From contig OZ024742.1 in NCBI GenBank assembly GCA_964016885.1, positions 270,196,001 through 270,260,000 on the forward strand: a DNA stretch of 64,000 bases, read 5' to 3'. Positions 16,810-33,599 of this stretch are shown here, one piece after another (positions within the stretch are counted from its first letter, which is position 1; every line of letters begins with the position of its first letter). Below the pieces are notes generated by a model that searched no databases, was not told the origin of the DNA, and saw only the letters and a list, made by a program, of their open reading frames with translations. Position numbers and translations under genes: made by a program. This DNA is from Eledone cirrhosa (lineage: Eukaryota).

Positions 16810-16812
<3 letters not shown>
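15850..16812. mobile_element. Non-coding inverted plus partial-tandem element (unit ~560-580 bp)
   Basis: 15850-16110 is inverted relative to 16122-16370 and 16676-16812; 16122-16235 recurs directly at 16702-16812; further fragment at 24800-24935. Confidence 0.75.
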
Positions 16813-16889
<77 letters not shown>

Positions 16890-16932
16890 TTATATATATA
16901 TATACCCGCACACACACACACACACACATATA

Positions 16933-16970
<38 letters not shown>

Positions 16971-16989
16971 TGTATGTGTGTGTGGGTGG

Positions 16990-17056
<67 letters not shown>

Positions 17057-17357
17057 TACATATATATATACATACATGTACACAAATACATACATATGAA
17101 TACAAACACAAAGTATATATAGACACCCCCATATATATATAATAGCTGTATAACAGCCAATAATAGCTGTCACTGAAATATATATAGCGGACTATTATAA
17201 TAAACTAAGCCAAATTTAACATCTTTAACTTATTTACCATTTCTCAGGACTAAACTAACCTATCTGCGTACTTCACCGACTGCTCCAACCTGCATACTGA
17301 GTTGTCGATAAACAACCAACACATTCTCAGAATATATATGTTTATATATATATATAT

Positions 17358-17546
17358 AACGAAAAAAATGTGGTAAGGAACCAGGTGGACCATAACGCAC
17401 CAAAGTACTAAATACTTAGGGTAGTAGAGTGGGTAATAGGAACGAGTAGGACCCCGATGGCTGAGCTCAAGCCGTTTCGACGGCTAATTCTGTCCAGAAT
17501 AAGCCGTCGAAACGGCTTGACCTCAGCCGTCGTGGTCCTACTCGTT

Positions 17547-17550
<4 letters not shown>
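17358..17550. mobile_element. Small asymmetric fold-back element in (TA)n
   Basis: taggaacgagtaggacc..gccgtttcgacggct / agccgtcgaaacggc..ggtcctactcgttccta; ~80-nt unpaired extension on the left. Confidence 0.75.
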
Positions 17551-17582
<32 letters not shown>

Positions 17583-17684
17583 TATAGACATACACACACA
17601 CGTACATATATACATATATTTACATACAGACCACCTATAAACAAACATAAATATATACATATATATACGTACATATATATATAC

Positions 17685-20536
<2,852 letters not shown>

Positions 20537-20544
20537 ATATATAT

Positions 20545-20574
<30 letters not shown>

Positions 20575-20575
<1 letters not shown>

Positions 20576-23500
20576 ACAATTAAGTCAAAGATGTACATCC
20601 ATATATGTATACTGAAATACTAGTATGTATATGAATACACACACGTATACATATGTAGATGTACCAAGTTTTTTTTCACTGATCACTTTACTGTGAGTGG
20701 CCAGCTATTCTGTATGTAAACACACAGACAAACCGGTTTTTAGAGTCATACTGGTTTTTGAGGAAACACCTTTCCTCTATTCTCCAGAAAGCCAGACAAG
20801 GAATATTGAACTAGTTTCGTTGTTGTTACAACTCATCAGCAATATTTACCTATCTTCCGGCCTCTCTAGAGAATCGTAAAAGCACATATCGCTATATGCT
20901 TTTTCTATGAAAATTAGTAGTGGGCAGACCAACCTGCATAGAGTGTGAGTAAGTACCGGTTCAACGGAGACGATAAAAACAAATAACGAAACGAAATTAA
21001 ATTTCGTTTCGTTTGTAACTCACTTTTGTATGACTGACGCTCAAACAATTAAGTCAAAGATGTACATCCATATATGTATACTGAAATACTAGTATGTATA
21101 TGAATACACACACGTATACATATGTAGATGTACCAAGTTTTTTTTTCACTGATCACTTTACTGTGAGTGGCCAGCTATTCTGTATGTAAACACACAGACA
21201 AACCGGTTTTTAGAGTCATACTGGTTTTTGAGGAAACACCTTTCCTCTATTCTCCAGAAAGCCAGACAAGGAATATTGAACTAGTTTCGTTGTTGTTACA
21301 ACTCATCAGCAATATTTACCTATCTTCCGGCCTCTCTAGAGAATCGTAAAAGCACATATCGCTATATGCTTTTTCTATGAAAATTAGTAGTGGGCAGACC
21401 AACCTGCATAGAGTGTGAGTAAGTACCGGTTCAACGGAGACGATAAAAACAAATAACGAAACGAAATTAAATTTCGTTTCGTTTGTAACTCACTTTTGTA
21501 TGACTGACGCTCAAACAATTAAGTCAAAGATGTACATCCATATATGTATACTGAAATACTAGTATGTATATGAATACACACACGTATACATATGTAGATG
21601 TACCAAGTTTTTTTCACTGATCACTTTACTGTGAGTGGCCAGCTATTCTGTATGTAAACACACAGACAAACCGGTTTTTAGAGTCATACTGGTTTTTGAG
21701 GAAACACCTTTCCTCTATTCTCCAGAAAGCCAGACAAGGAATATTGAACTAGTTTCGTTGTTGTTACAACTCATCAGCAATATTTACCTATCTTCCGGCC
21801 TCTCTAGAGAATCGTAAAAGCACATATCGCTATATGCTTTTTCTATGAAAATTAGTAGTGGGCAGACCAACCTGCATAGAGTGTGAGTAAGTACCGGTTC
21901 AACGGAGACGATAAAAACAAATAACGAAACGAAATTAAATTTCGTTTCGTTTGTAACTCACTTTTGTATGACTGACGCTCAAACAATTAAGTCAAAGATG
22001 TACATCCATATATGTATACTGAAATACTAGTATGTATATGAATACACACACGTATACATATGTAGATGTACCAAGTTTTTTTTCACTGATCACTTTACTG
22101 TGAGTGGCCAGCTATTCTGTATGTAAACACACAGACAAACCGGTTTTTAGAGTCATACTGGTTTTTGTGACTCTAAAAACCGGTTTGTCTGTGTGTTTAC
22201 ATACAGAATAGCTGGCCACTCACAGTAAAGTGATCAGTGAAAAAAAACTTGGTACATCTACATATGTATACGTGTGTGTATTCATATACATACTAGTATT
22301 TCAGTATACATATATGGATGTACATCTTTGACTTAATTGTTTGAGCGTCAGTCATACAAAAGTGAGTTACAAACGAAACGAAATTTAATTTCGTTTCGTT
22401 ATTTGTTTTTATCGTCTCCGTTGAACCGGTACTTACTCACACTCTATGCAGGTTGGTCTGCCCACTACTAATTTTCATAGAAAAAGCATATAGCGATATG
22501 TGCTTTTACGATTCTCTAGAGAGGCCGGAAGATAGGTAAATATTGCTGATGAGTTGTAACAACAACGAAACTAGTTCAATATTCCTTGTCTGGCTTTCTG
22601 GAGAATAGAGGAAAGGTGTTTCCTCAAAAACCAGTATGACTCTAAAAACCGGTTTGTCTGTGTGTTTACATACAGAATAGCTGGCCACTCACAGTAAAGT
22701 GATCAGTGAAAAAAAACTTGGTACATCTACATATGTATACGTGTGTGTATTCATATACATACTAGTATTTCAGTATACATATATGGATGTACATCTTTGA
22801 CTTAATTGTTTGAGCGTCAGTCATACAAAAGTGAGTTACAAACGAAACGAAATTTAATTTCGTTTCGTTATTTGTTTTTATCGTCTCCGTTGAACCGGTA
22901 CTTACTCACACTCTATGCAGGTTGGTCTGCCCACTACTAATTTTCATAGAAAAAGCATATAGCGATATGTGCTTTTACGATTCTCTAGAGAGGCCGGAAG
23001 ATAGGTAAATATTGCTGATGAGTTGTAACAACAACGAAACTAGTTCAATATTCCTTGTCTGGCTTTCTGGAGAATAGAGGAAAGGTGTTTCCTCAAAAAC
23101 CAGTATGACTCTAAAAACCGGTTTGTCTGTGTGTTTACATACAGAATAGCTGGCCACTCACAGTAAAGTGATCAGTGAAAAAAAACTTGGTACATCTACA
23201 TATGTATACGTGTGTGTATTCATATACATACTAGTATTTCAGTATACATATATGGATGTACATCTTTGACTTAATTGTTTGAGCGTCAGTCATACAAAAG
23301 TGAGTTACAAACGAAACGAAATTTAATTTCGTTTCGTTATTTGTTTTTATCGTCTCCGTTGAACCGGTACTTACTCACACTCTATGCAGGTTGGTCTGCC
23401 CACTACTAATTTTCATAGAAAAAGCATATAGCGATATGTGCTTTTACGATTCTCTAGAGAGGCCGGAAGATAGGTAAATATTGCTGATGAGTTGTAACAA

Positions 23501-24756
23501 CAACGAAACTAGTTCAATATTCCTTGTCTGGCTTTCTGGAGAATAGAGGAAAGGTGTTTCCTCAAAAACCAGTATGACTCTAAAAACCGGTTTGTCTGTG
23601 TGTTTACATACAGAATAGCTGGCCACTCACAGTAAAGTGATCAGTGAAAAAAAACTTGGTACATCTACATATGTATACGTGTGTGTATTCATATACATAC
23701 TAGTATTTCAGTATACATATATGGATGTACATCTTTGACTTAATTGTTTGAGCGTCAGTCATACAAAAGTGAGTTACAAACGAAACGAAATTTAATTTCG
23801 TTTCGTTATTTGTTTTTATCGTCTCCGTTGAACCGGTACTTACTCACACTCTATGCAGGTTGGTCTGCCCACTACTAATTTTCATAGAAAAAGCATATAG
23901 CGATATGTGCTTTTACGATTCTCTAGAGAGGCCGGAAGATAGGTAAATATTACTGATGAGTTGTAACAACAACGAAACTAGTTCAATATTCCTTGTCTGG
24001 CTTTCTGGAGAATAGAGGAAAGGTGTTTCCTCAAAAACCAGTATGACTCTAAAAACCGGTTTGTCTGTGTGTTTACATACAGAATAGCTGGCCACTCACA
24101 GTAAAGTGATCAGTGAAAAAAACTTGGTACATCTACATATGTATACGTGTGTGTATTCATATACATACTAGTATTTCAGTATACATATATGGATGTACAT
24201 CTTTGACTTAATTGTTTGAGCGTCAGTCATACAAAAGTGAGTTACAAACGAAACGAAATTTAATTTCGTTTCGTTATTTGTTTTTATCGTCTCCGTTGAA
24301 CCGGTACTTACTCACACTCTATGCAGGTTGGTCTGCCCACTACTAATTTTCATAGAAAAAGCATATAGCGATATGTGCTTTTACGATTCTCTAGAGAGGC
24401 CGGAAGATAGGTAAATATTGCTGATGAGTTGTAACAACAACGAAACTAGTTCAATATTCCTTGTCTGGCTTTCTGGAGAATAGAGGAAAGGTGTTTCCTC
24501 AAAAACCAGTATGACTCTAAAAACCGGTTTGTCTGTGTGTTTACATACAGAATAGCTGGCCACTCACAGTAAAGTGATCAGTGAAAAAAAACTTGGTACA
24601 TCTACATATGTATACGTGTGTGTATTCATATACATACTAGTATTTCAGTATACATATATGGATGTACATCTTTGACTTAATTGTTTGAGCGTCAGTCATA
24701 CAAAAGTGAGTTACAAACGAAACGAAATTTAATTTCGTTTCGTTATTTGTTTTTAT
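20575..24756. repeat. Palindromic tandem array of a 469-bp HHR-containing unit (retrozyme-like): ~3.4 units, inversion at 22167/22168, ~5.5 units
   Basis: Unit starts at 20575, 21044, 21514, 21982; reverse-complement units follow; near identity; (TA)n on both flanks. Confidence 0.97.
22539..22583 (+). ncRNA. Type I hammerhead ribozyme of array 1 (plus copies start 22539, 23008, 23477, 23946, 24414; minus copies start 20802, 21272, 21740)
   Basis: aatattg-CTGATGA-gttgt aaca acaac-GAAA-ctag-TT-caatatt; intact core, GUU cleavage triplet. Confidence 0.92.
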
Positions 24757-25061
24757 ATATATATATATATATATATATCATCTTTTAAAAGGTAATATTT
24801 GAAGGTCTAATTAAACTTTAATTAGTTACTTACCTAGCTGTGTGATTACACACTTTACAAATTATCCCCTATGATTGTTTCATGTGTTTATTTTATATAT
24901 ATATATATATATGTCAATCAATATCTAGTTGATATATATATATATATATATATATAACTGGTTGTAAGGCGTCCACAAACGATCAGCTATATATGTGTTT
25001 ATTGAACAATGAAAAGTCGAAGACATGAAGTTTATTAATTCATTATTATACCCTCTTTGTA

Positions 25062-25405
25062 AAGGCGCATCACGTAGTGTTTAGAGCGACTGGCTTACAA
25101 TCGTCAAGTTGTGAAATCGATGCTCGGAGAAGGCTGTGCGTTGTGTTTTTGAGCAAAACACTTTATTTTACGGTTGCTCCTGTTCACTCACCTGCAGAAA
25201 TGAGTTGCGATATTACTGGCAGCCAAGCAGTATTCGCATTCACCTTTCTCTTGGACAACATCGGTTGCATGGAGAGGGGATGCAAGTTTGCATGGTTGAC
25301 TGCTGGTCTTCCTCAAACAAACTTTCCCGGACTTGTGCCTCCGAGGGGAACATTCTAGGTTCAAATTCTATGGTCATTCTTGACCGAAGTGGGTCTTAAC
25401 CTTTA
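25062..25405 (+). mobile_element. tRNA-derived SINE with CORE-like central domain
   Basis: Degenerate A/B-box head (ggcgcatcacgtagtgtttagagc...gaaatcgatgc) then tgtgtttttgagcaaaacactttat. Confidence 0.6.
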
Positions 25406-25736
25406 TAAGATCGTTTCCGAGGGATGATTGATCATGGTAGATCGATATATCGACTAGCAGCAAGTGGTTATATTGTATATGTTTCGTGTAGCTACCAACA
25501 TATCGGGAAAATTGGTTTTCAAGTGCAGCATATGGTGACACCATTCTGCATCATTCCACGTTAAGATAATTCCTATATAATCAGTAAAACCAATACCGAA
25601 CCACACATTATATATTATCACTAAGTAAACATAGACAGTTAGACAAAAGACAAATAAACGCAGACAACACTTCACTGAAATCGTCACACCATTCTCCATT
25701 GCTGGTTCACTTTGTCTCTCTCTCTACCTCTTTATA

Positions 25737-25782
<46 letters not shown>

Positions 25783-25874
25783 GTCATATATATGTCGTTT
25801 ATTCTCCATTTCATCTTACTTCTGACTACTTTCTTTACCTCAATCTCACACAGTCAGATTGAGTCTCTCTCTCA

Positions 25875-25972
<98 letters not shown>

Positions 25973-26162
25973 TTCTCTCTCTCCCTCTTTCCCTCCCTCT
26001 CTCTATGTCTCTCTTCCTCCGTCTCTTTCTCTCTGTCTCTCTCTCTACTATGTATTTCGCATCATTTATGAATCTTATCTTTACAGCCCAGTCCATTCAA
26101 TTACAATAGGATAGAGTAATATATACGAAACAACTATGTTTAAACGGTAAAGCAGCAGTTTA

Positions 26163-26171
26163 TACTATTAT

Positions 26172-26227
<56 letters not shown>

Positions 26228-26265
26228 TTACTACTACTACTACTACTGCTACCGCCGCCGCCACC

Positions 26266-26314
<49 letters not shown>

Positions 26315-26381
26315 ATACTACTACAACTACTACTACTACCATTGCTGCTGCTACTGCTACAGTTAGAAACAATTGCCGTTA

Positions 26382-26436
<55 letters not shown>

Positions 26437-26448
26437 CATCATCATCGT

Positions 26449-26492
<44 letters not shown>
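26163..26492. repeat. Compound (TAC)n/(CAC)n/(TAT)n/(TAG)n microsatellite
   Basis: Directly visible. Confidence 0.95.
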
Positions 26493-27232
26493 TTTTTATA
26501 TTATTATATGTGTGTAATCTATCTCTGCATTTCGGAATTGTTCCTATCATCGGTAGACATTTGCAATGCCTTTGGCTAAGGAGAGCGTAAGAATAAAAAA
26601 AACAAGTAAAAATATAATAAACGCCACAAGTATAGAGGCAGCAAAATAAGAGCAATACAATGGAGAGAAAGGCAAACAATCGCTGAGTGAATGAGTGCGT
26701 GAGTGAGACAGAGAGACAGAAATAATGAGAGATAAAACTTATAAGATGTGGAGAAAATTAAAGAGTGGGTTGGAAAGAACTGATGAGTAACAAGATAGAA
26801 CTATATTGAAATCTGTCCAATGTTATTGAACAGTGTGCCAGTGTTGATATCATGAGACAACGGCAGGTGCGACAACTTTCTTTGCTGTCTGCAAAACTAC
26901 CTATTTACGTTTGTATACACACATAAACACACAAATACATATATGTGTGTGGCTGTGTGTGTGTTGGGGTTATATGCAGATGTATGATGTATATTAATAT
27001 GTATTTTGTGATTCTGCTATGGCGTTCCTGTCGTGAATTTATTAGCGTTATCTGGCACATATGTCAATTCAATCATGACACCAATTCCTCTTTGTGCCGA
27101 GGTTTAACATTTAAATGAGAGAAAAAGTTTCAGAAAATAAGGTAGTCTATAAGTCTAAAAATAATTTTTACTACAAAAAAATTACAACTTTTCCCATACA
27201 TAATCACATCCACCAAACCCACACTCACGTAC

Positions 27233-27394
<162 letters not shown>

Positions 27395-27849
27395 ATTAGG
27401 TTAAATTCACATCATCTGTCGAGTGTGTGCGTTTCGCTGTGGGATTATTGTCGCAGCTCTGTCTGATATCGTGGAATGTAATATCTGTCGACAACATTTG
27501 AGTTCACCTACAGAGTTCTTATGGAAGAATAGATACATCGTTGTGTTCGTTTGCTAGTTAACTAAGGAAGGGTATCTCTTATCTAGGTTTATGTAAATTA
27601 CTATGAAGTAATCCAGGTTTGGGGATGTTATTATATAGCTTGGGACAATATAGTAGTGTATTTATCTAAAAGGTTTCTCAGGTGCTATAGAGATTAGCGC
27701 TACTTAGAAAAGGGGTTCTCTTTGTTTCTTTTTTCTTATTTTACTTATTTATAATGTTTCAAATAAATTATAGAGGTGGAAGTTGTATAAAAAGTTGGGG
27801 GATAAGTCCAGACTGCAAGTTTGTAGATTATGTCTATTCTGTTGTTATC

Positions 27850-28085
27850 TGTGTTTCTTCAAATTATGTAAGTAGTATTTCAGCACATGTGGCAGCTGGT
27901 GAATTAGTATTAAGGCTGGTTTACGTGAAATGCAGTCGTCCTTTGCTGCAATATCTACATAATTTCTTACAATATAAGTAGAGTGTTGATTTGTCTAGGC
28001 TTTTCCATCTAATGAAGATGTCTGCACCTGCAACTTTGAGGGACCAGATGTGATTTGCCACCTTCGTGGTTGTTCATTCAAAGAT
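27850..28085 (-). pseudogene. PLE GIY-YIG C-terminal remnant
   Basis: Minus translation TKVANHIWSLKVAGADIFIRWKSLDKS..CKKLCRYC. Confidence 0.65.
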
Positions 28086-28419
28086 GACTCATGGTTTAAC
28101 ACCAATCCAACAGGTAGAAAATCGTTTAGGTAAAAACCTTGCTATTGAATTTTAACCTACATAATACATGGCCCACTACTTACTGATGTACATAAATCTA
28201 AAAAGCGGTGACAACTCTTATTTAACTGGCAACCTAATACTATGACTTTTCTGCCCTGCAAAAAGAACAAGTTTTGTCGAGTGGTATTACATTTCAAGAT
28301 ATCAGAGTGATGGTCTGTGAGTCCCTAGGACCGACGGGTATTCCAATTTTGAATATAATTTGCTTACACTCTATATTCACAACACTATTGTGGTTTTTCA
28401 CGCATATATATATATTATA

Positions 28420-30796
28420 CGAACTGGATTACTCCCTGAAGAACATTCCCACTCCCTCCAACCATGTTTACCAAAAGCTTCTCCTACATAAAGCGGAAAA
28501 TGTCGTCAGACGCTCAAGATGCCCACTCCTAGCTTTTGACGGCAAAATTACAGGCACCAGTAACACCTTCAACCTAAGATCGAGAGCCTACCGTCCTAAG
28601 GTAACTGAACTTGCTCCTTTCAAGGCGGACCTTCTTGACTTAGTCGTTAATCTTTCCTTCGCAAACACCCTAACACCTTTCAAACTAAACTTAGAAATGA
28701 TATTAATAAATTTAGGTCTTCTAATAACACTTTCGTTCTTTCAGACAAAACTAATAATATTTATGAAGTCTACAACACTACTTACAGCCACTTGGCCCAT
28801 AACGCTTTTACTTCCAAATATAAGAAAGCTAACCCTATGGCCAACGACGACATTAATACAAAAGCCAAAGAACATGCCGCCGCCATTAATGTAGATAAGA
28901 AGCTACAATCACTAGCTAAGCGGGAGGCGTTCCTCACCCTGAAAGTTCACAAGGTAGACTTTACTTCTAACCCCACATGTAGACTACTAAACCCAGCACG
29001 CACAGCTATGGGACTAGTCAGTAAGGCAATACTTAGAAACATAGTTAAGATCATTAGGACCAAGTCCAGCCTGTCCCAGTGGGAGAAGAGCGACTCCGTA
29101 ATTAAGTGGTTTAACTCCTTCAAATCCAAAAAAGTGAAGTTCACACAGTTTGACATTGTTGATTTCTACCCGTCCATCTCAGAGACCCTGTTAAACAAAG
29201 CGTTAGACTTTGCTACCACTTCCACTACCGTCCATGGTTTAGACAGGGAAATCATCGCTCAATGCCGGAAAACCCTCCTCTTCAACAACGGATTAGCCTG
29301 GGCAAAGATGTCAACAACTTCAGACCTGTTCAAAGTTTCCAAGGGATCGTTTGACAGTACTGACGTATGCGACTTGGTTGGCCTATTTATTTTAGACATA
29401 TTACGTGTTAGATTCCCGGACTTCCACACGGGAATATACCGCGACCATGGACTGTACCTATCGAGCCATAAGAGTGGTCACGACCTCGACTGGTTTAAAA
29501 AAGACTTAGCTTCAACCTGCAATGAGTTAGGACTTAGGATAACAGTAGCTACCAACCCCTCTAGCGTACATTTCTTAGATATTAATTTTGACCTTCGCAC
29601 ACACACCCTACATACACTTCCACAAGCTTAACGAAAAACTCAATTACATTCACAAGGACTCATGCCACCCTCCCACTGTTTTTAGAAAGTTCGTAAATAA
29701 TATCAGTACTAGACACTCAAACGTCTCCTCTAATAAGGCTATCTTTGACAGAGCGGCACCCTACTATAACAACCTATCACATACTCTCCCACTAACAACA
29801 ACAACAATAAGAAAAGAAGGCGTAACAAGAGTCAAACTATCTGGTTCTCTCCTCCCTTTTCACTCAACGTTAAAACCAATGTAGGGAACATAATTCTAGC
29901 CCTCTTAGCTATACACTTTCCTATAGGTCATAAATACCGATCCATCTTTAACCGACACTAAGTAAAACCTAGGATACTCCTGCGCTAAGAACATGAAGGA
30001 CAACATCACCAACATCCCTATGAGCAACACCCCACCAGGGTGCTCTTGCTGTAAGCCCGAAGCTTGTCCCCATCAACATCAATGCAACACGCCCGGTGTA
30101 GTTTATGAAAGTGTGGTCACTTCCAACTGACCAAATCAACCACAGGAGGTCAAATCCTATGTGGGTATGGTGGAGGGCCGATTTAAGGAACGCTTCCTGA
30201 ACCACCAGTCGATCTTTAGGTACCCGGACAGACGTTCATCCACGAAACTCGCGAGCCACGTATGGTCCCTCAATAACTCAATATAGGCTACTCCATTCAA
30301 TGGAAAGGCATCACTAAGTACAAGCCATACGCAAGAGGCAATCCGTCGTGTGAACTATCTATTGATGAACGAATAAATATTCTAAAGAGATTACGCAATA
30401 GCGATTGCCTAAACTCAAGTTATGAATTATTCACACGTTGTCTACACGTCTGGAAATACCTCTTACATAACTATAAATCTCCGGAGTGAGTTACAACAAC
30501 ATCCTAATTTTCTCATCAACTAGAAACTTTCGGACTTTCGCAGTTATCTCCCTTACACCTCTCGCACGCAATTTAGTATTGCCTGAGTGAAGTGACCGTT
30601 TCTGCGCATGCGCGTTCGTACGGTTGTCCTTCCTATTCCGTATAACCATGTCCATTACGAGCTGAGGATCCACTAAAGGTGAAGCAATTGTTTTCGGTAT
30701 GGTGAACTAACTGTTGTGTATCCACTTCTACACCTAACTCGTCCTTGGACTGAGTGCTCCACCACTACGAATGTTACCCTCCAGGGTTCTACCACT
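28420..30796 (+). mobile_element. Penelope-like element, near full-length ORF with frameshifts (RT + GIY-YIG)
   Basis: YSLKNIP, AFLTLKVHK..NPTCRLLNP, FDIVDFYPSI, GSFDSTDVCDLVG, YRDHGL, FLDINFDL, SCHPP, YVGMVEGRFKERFLNH; degenerate HHR 30651-30702 (CTGAGGA...GAAG-caattg-TT); ends in (TA)n. Confidence 0.92.
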
Positions 30797-30811
30797 ATAT
30801 ATATATATATA

Positions 30812-31200
30812 TAAATGAATTTGTTTTGCAAGATTTTTTTTGAGAATTCGCGTGTCGAAACAAATATTGTTATAATTGGGGAGGGTCATATTGTTATAAT
30901 ATTGCCAGAAACAATAACCGAACACACTCTCTGTTTCATTGATTTTCGCTTCTGTATTATTTATATCTCTATAGTTAATTTATTTGGCAATCTATGTTTA
31001 TCATTGTTTGACCAGCTGTTAAAACTACAGATATAAATTTATATATATAGTTCTTTCAGAGTTCTTTCGTCTCACATCTACAACATCATCAGTGGTACTA
31101 TTATGTTTCCTCCCATTGTATTGTAATGTATTGTAATGTATGTCTATATCTATAAAAGTGAACATGTCTGTCTGTCTCTGTTTGTGTGGTTGTGTGTGTT
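30812..31200 (-). mobile_element. PLE pLTR arm of the 13178 family, with HHR-like motif 31047-31101
   Basis: Similar to 13185-13500; minus strand acca-CTGATGA-tgttgtagatgtgagac-GAAA-gaac-TC-tg. Confidence 0.8.
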
Positions 31201-32399
31201 CCGCAGCAACTTTTGATCCACAAGGCAGATTTTCAATATTGTTTTTGTAATCAACCACAAAACAATCAGGGCAGATCGGCACGACATTGCTAATGATATT
31301 TTGCCCGGCTGCAGAACGGGACAACAATCCAATTAATCGCATAGTCAAGAAGGCCGCACTGCTTCGTCTGCGGAGAAGCAACGCATCTGCAAGTCTTCTG
31401 CCCTCAGCTCAAAAATGCAGGGGCTCCCAAACCTATTTTGTTGCCAATATCAGTGTCAGCACGGAAAGCTGCACCACCACCACCACAAAAAACAACACCA
31501 ACAATGACACGGGTAACCCCACCAACATCAAAAACAGTCTGATCACCACCAGCACCAAAACCAATCCAAGAGGAAAACGAGGAAAGCTCTCCTACTCCCT
31601 CTACCTCTACAAGTATACACATAGACAAAACAATAATTGCACACACATACACAGATACACTCACAGCCACAGACCCTCTGTCTACGAGCAGTGAAGGTGA
31701 AGGAAAACCCAAAAGTCCCAAAAAACAAAAGAGAAAACTCACCAAAAAAGCCTCAACAAAACACAAAAAACTTACACAACAAATAATGCAGACACCACTA
31801 ACGCAAACACTACCCCAATAACATCAACACCAACATCAACATCAACACCACCCCCACAATCGCCGAAACGCAAACAAGCTAAACAAACACAATAAGAAAT
31901 AAACACACATACACCTGAAATTGCAGACACCACACCTACAACAAACGCAGAAATACCCGAAACAACATCACCAAAATCTTCATCGCCACAGTCACCAAAA
32001 CGAAAACAAATAAAACCACACGAACAAAACATTAAAAACTTCATGCTTGTCAGAAAGGCCAACGATAAATTATGGCCCTCTTAGCACGAAGCGAGGACAT
32101 ACAAACAGAGGGGGAATATTTGAATTGAACACATTTGGCGTGCCAGAAGATTTGCTTCTGGTGCGAATGTCGCTCAATTCCTACACAGAAATTCGAGAGA
32201 AATTTCCTCAAGACGTGGGAACCCCGAATGTGAAACCCACTTGTAAAGGGGTTCCCAAAAGAAACCCCACCAACCATGGAGATCGAACAACCCGAACTTC
32301 ACATGACCGCGGGAGGTAAGTAAACCTTCCCTCTCTCTTTTGGCTTGCCAACATGGCAATATTAAGAGAAGGAAGTTTTACAACTTTCCTCGTTTCCTC

Positions 32400-33599
32400 C
32401 CTGTGTGGTCAATGTTGGTGGTGGTCTTTCTATTGGTGCTCTTCCTGGTGGTTTTGCCGGTGCTGTTGTTGGTTGAGGTCCTCGCCCCGGAGTCGGCAGC
32501 AGTGGGGTCCTTCGACCCCTGTATCTTTCAGCAGTCGAGGACAGAATACTCGTAAATGGGTTTTTTCCCCACAAACAAATATTGCGGCCTTTTTGCCCTC
32601 GGTCATAATATGAATGACCGTCACATTCTGTAGACGGATGTGGTCCGGGATTGTCTTAACATTCTCCGGCCTGATCTGGAGAAGTATCTCCAGGTCAACC
32701 CCGGACCAGTCCTCCCTGGCAGTTCTTCTCACTTCTATCGGGATGGTATCCGTCCCCTCCACAATCACTCATCCCAGTAGCCACCACATGTCAAGTCCGG
32801 GTGGGATTCTTTGAATGAGGAGACGGGCCGTTATTTTTCCAATGTGGGAATGTTGGTTTTGCAAGGTGTCATAGCATGTTTCATAGCGAGGGCTTCTGAC
32901 TTAAACGGCACCGAAATGGTCTGTCCCTCGCTATATATTCGGGTCATCCATGATGCACCTCTGCGCGACTCCGACATCTGCTTGTGGAATTAAAGTTGCC
33001 CTTTTGGTTTGTGCTGATATGCATCTATAATGCACCGTTCTGCGCTCCACTGCTTCAATAGCTTCTACCGGGATAGTTAAGTTGGCACAGGTTTGCTCTT
33101 GCTTGATGAGCTTCCAGGTCTGGGCCAACTTTTCATATTTGTTCGTGAGGTCCATGCTGAAGAATGGCCTAATTTTGGCTGCTACCGCAGCGAAAGTGTT
33201 CTGCTGGTTGTCGTTGGTGGTGTTGTTGTTGTTGTCGTTGTTCTTGTTGGTGTTGTTGCTGCTGTCACTATTGCAGCTGGCTATATCTTTGGTGCCGCCG
33301 TTGTTGCTGTTCTCGGTGCAATTGGCATTGTTGCTGTTGGTGTTGTCGCTACTTGTTTTCATGTTAGTGGTGTTAATATTGTTGTTGCATTTGTCATTTT
33401 TTCTGTTATCTGTATTTTGGTTGTCGCTGTTACTGTCATTTTTTTTTAAATTAGAGTTCGCACTGTTGTTATCATTACTGTCCTTGTTCACGTTGTTTGT
33501 CGTATCAATTTCTGTAAATTTCGTCGTAGTGTTCCTCTCAACGTTTACGTCGTTGTCACACGACAGCAGACATATCGCTGGGGAGCGTGGCTCAGCCAT
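32400..33599 (-). pseudogene. LINE ORF1 (gag-like, L1/Tx1-type) remnant
   Basis: Asn-rich N-terminus, TFAAVAA motif, IPDHI...EGKK..FVCGEKTHLRVFCP decayed zinc knuckle; frameshifted. Confidence 0.5.

Noticed and set aside
20697-24563. Repeated 60-aa ORF MASYSVCK in array 1
   Set aside because: GTG start, antisense to the HHR strand, no recognisable domain, not conserved in the homologous 474-nt unit
26140-26679. Poly-S/L/I/V ORFs
   Set aside because: Trinucleotide microsatellite translations
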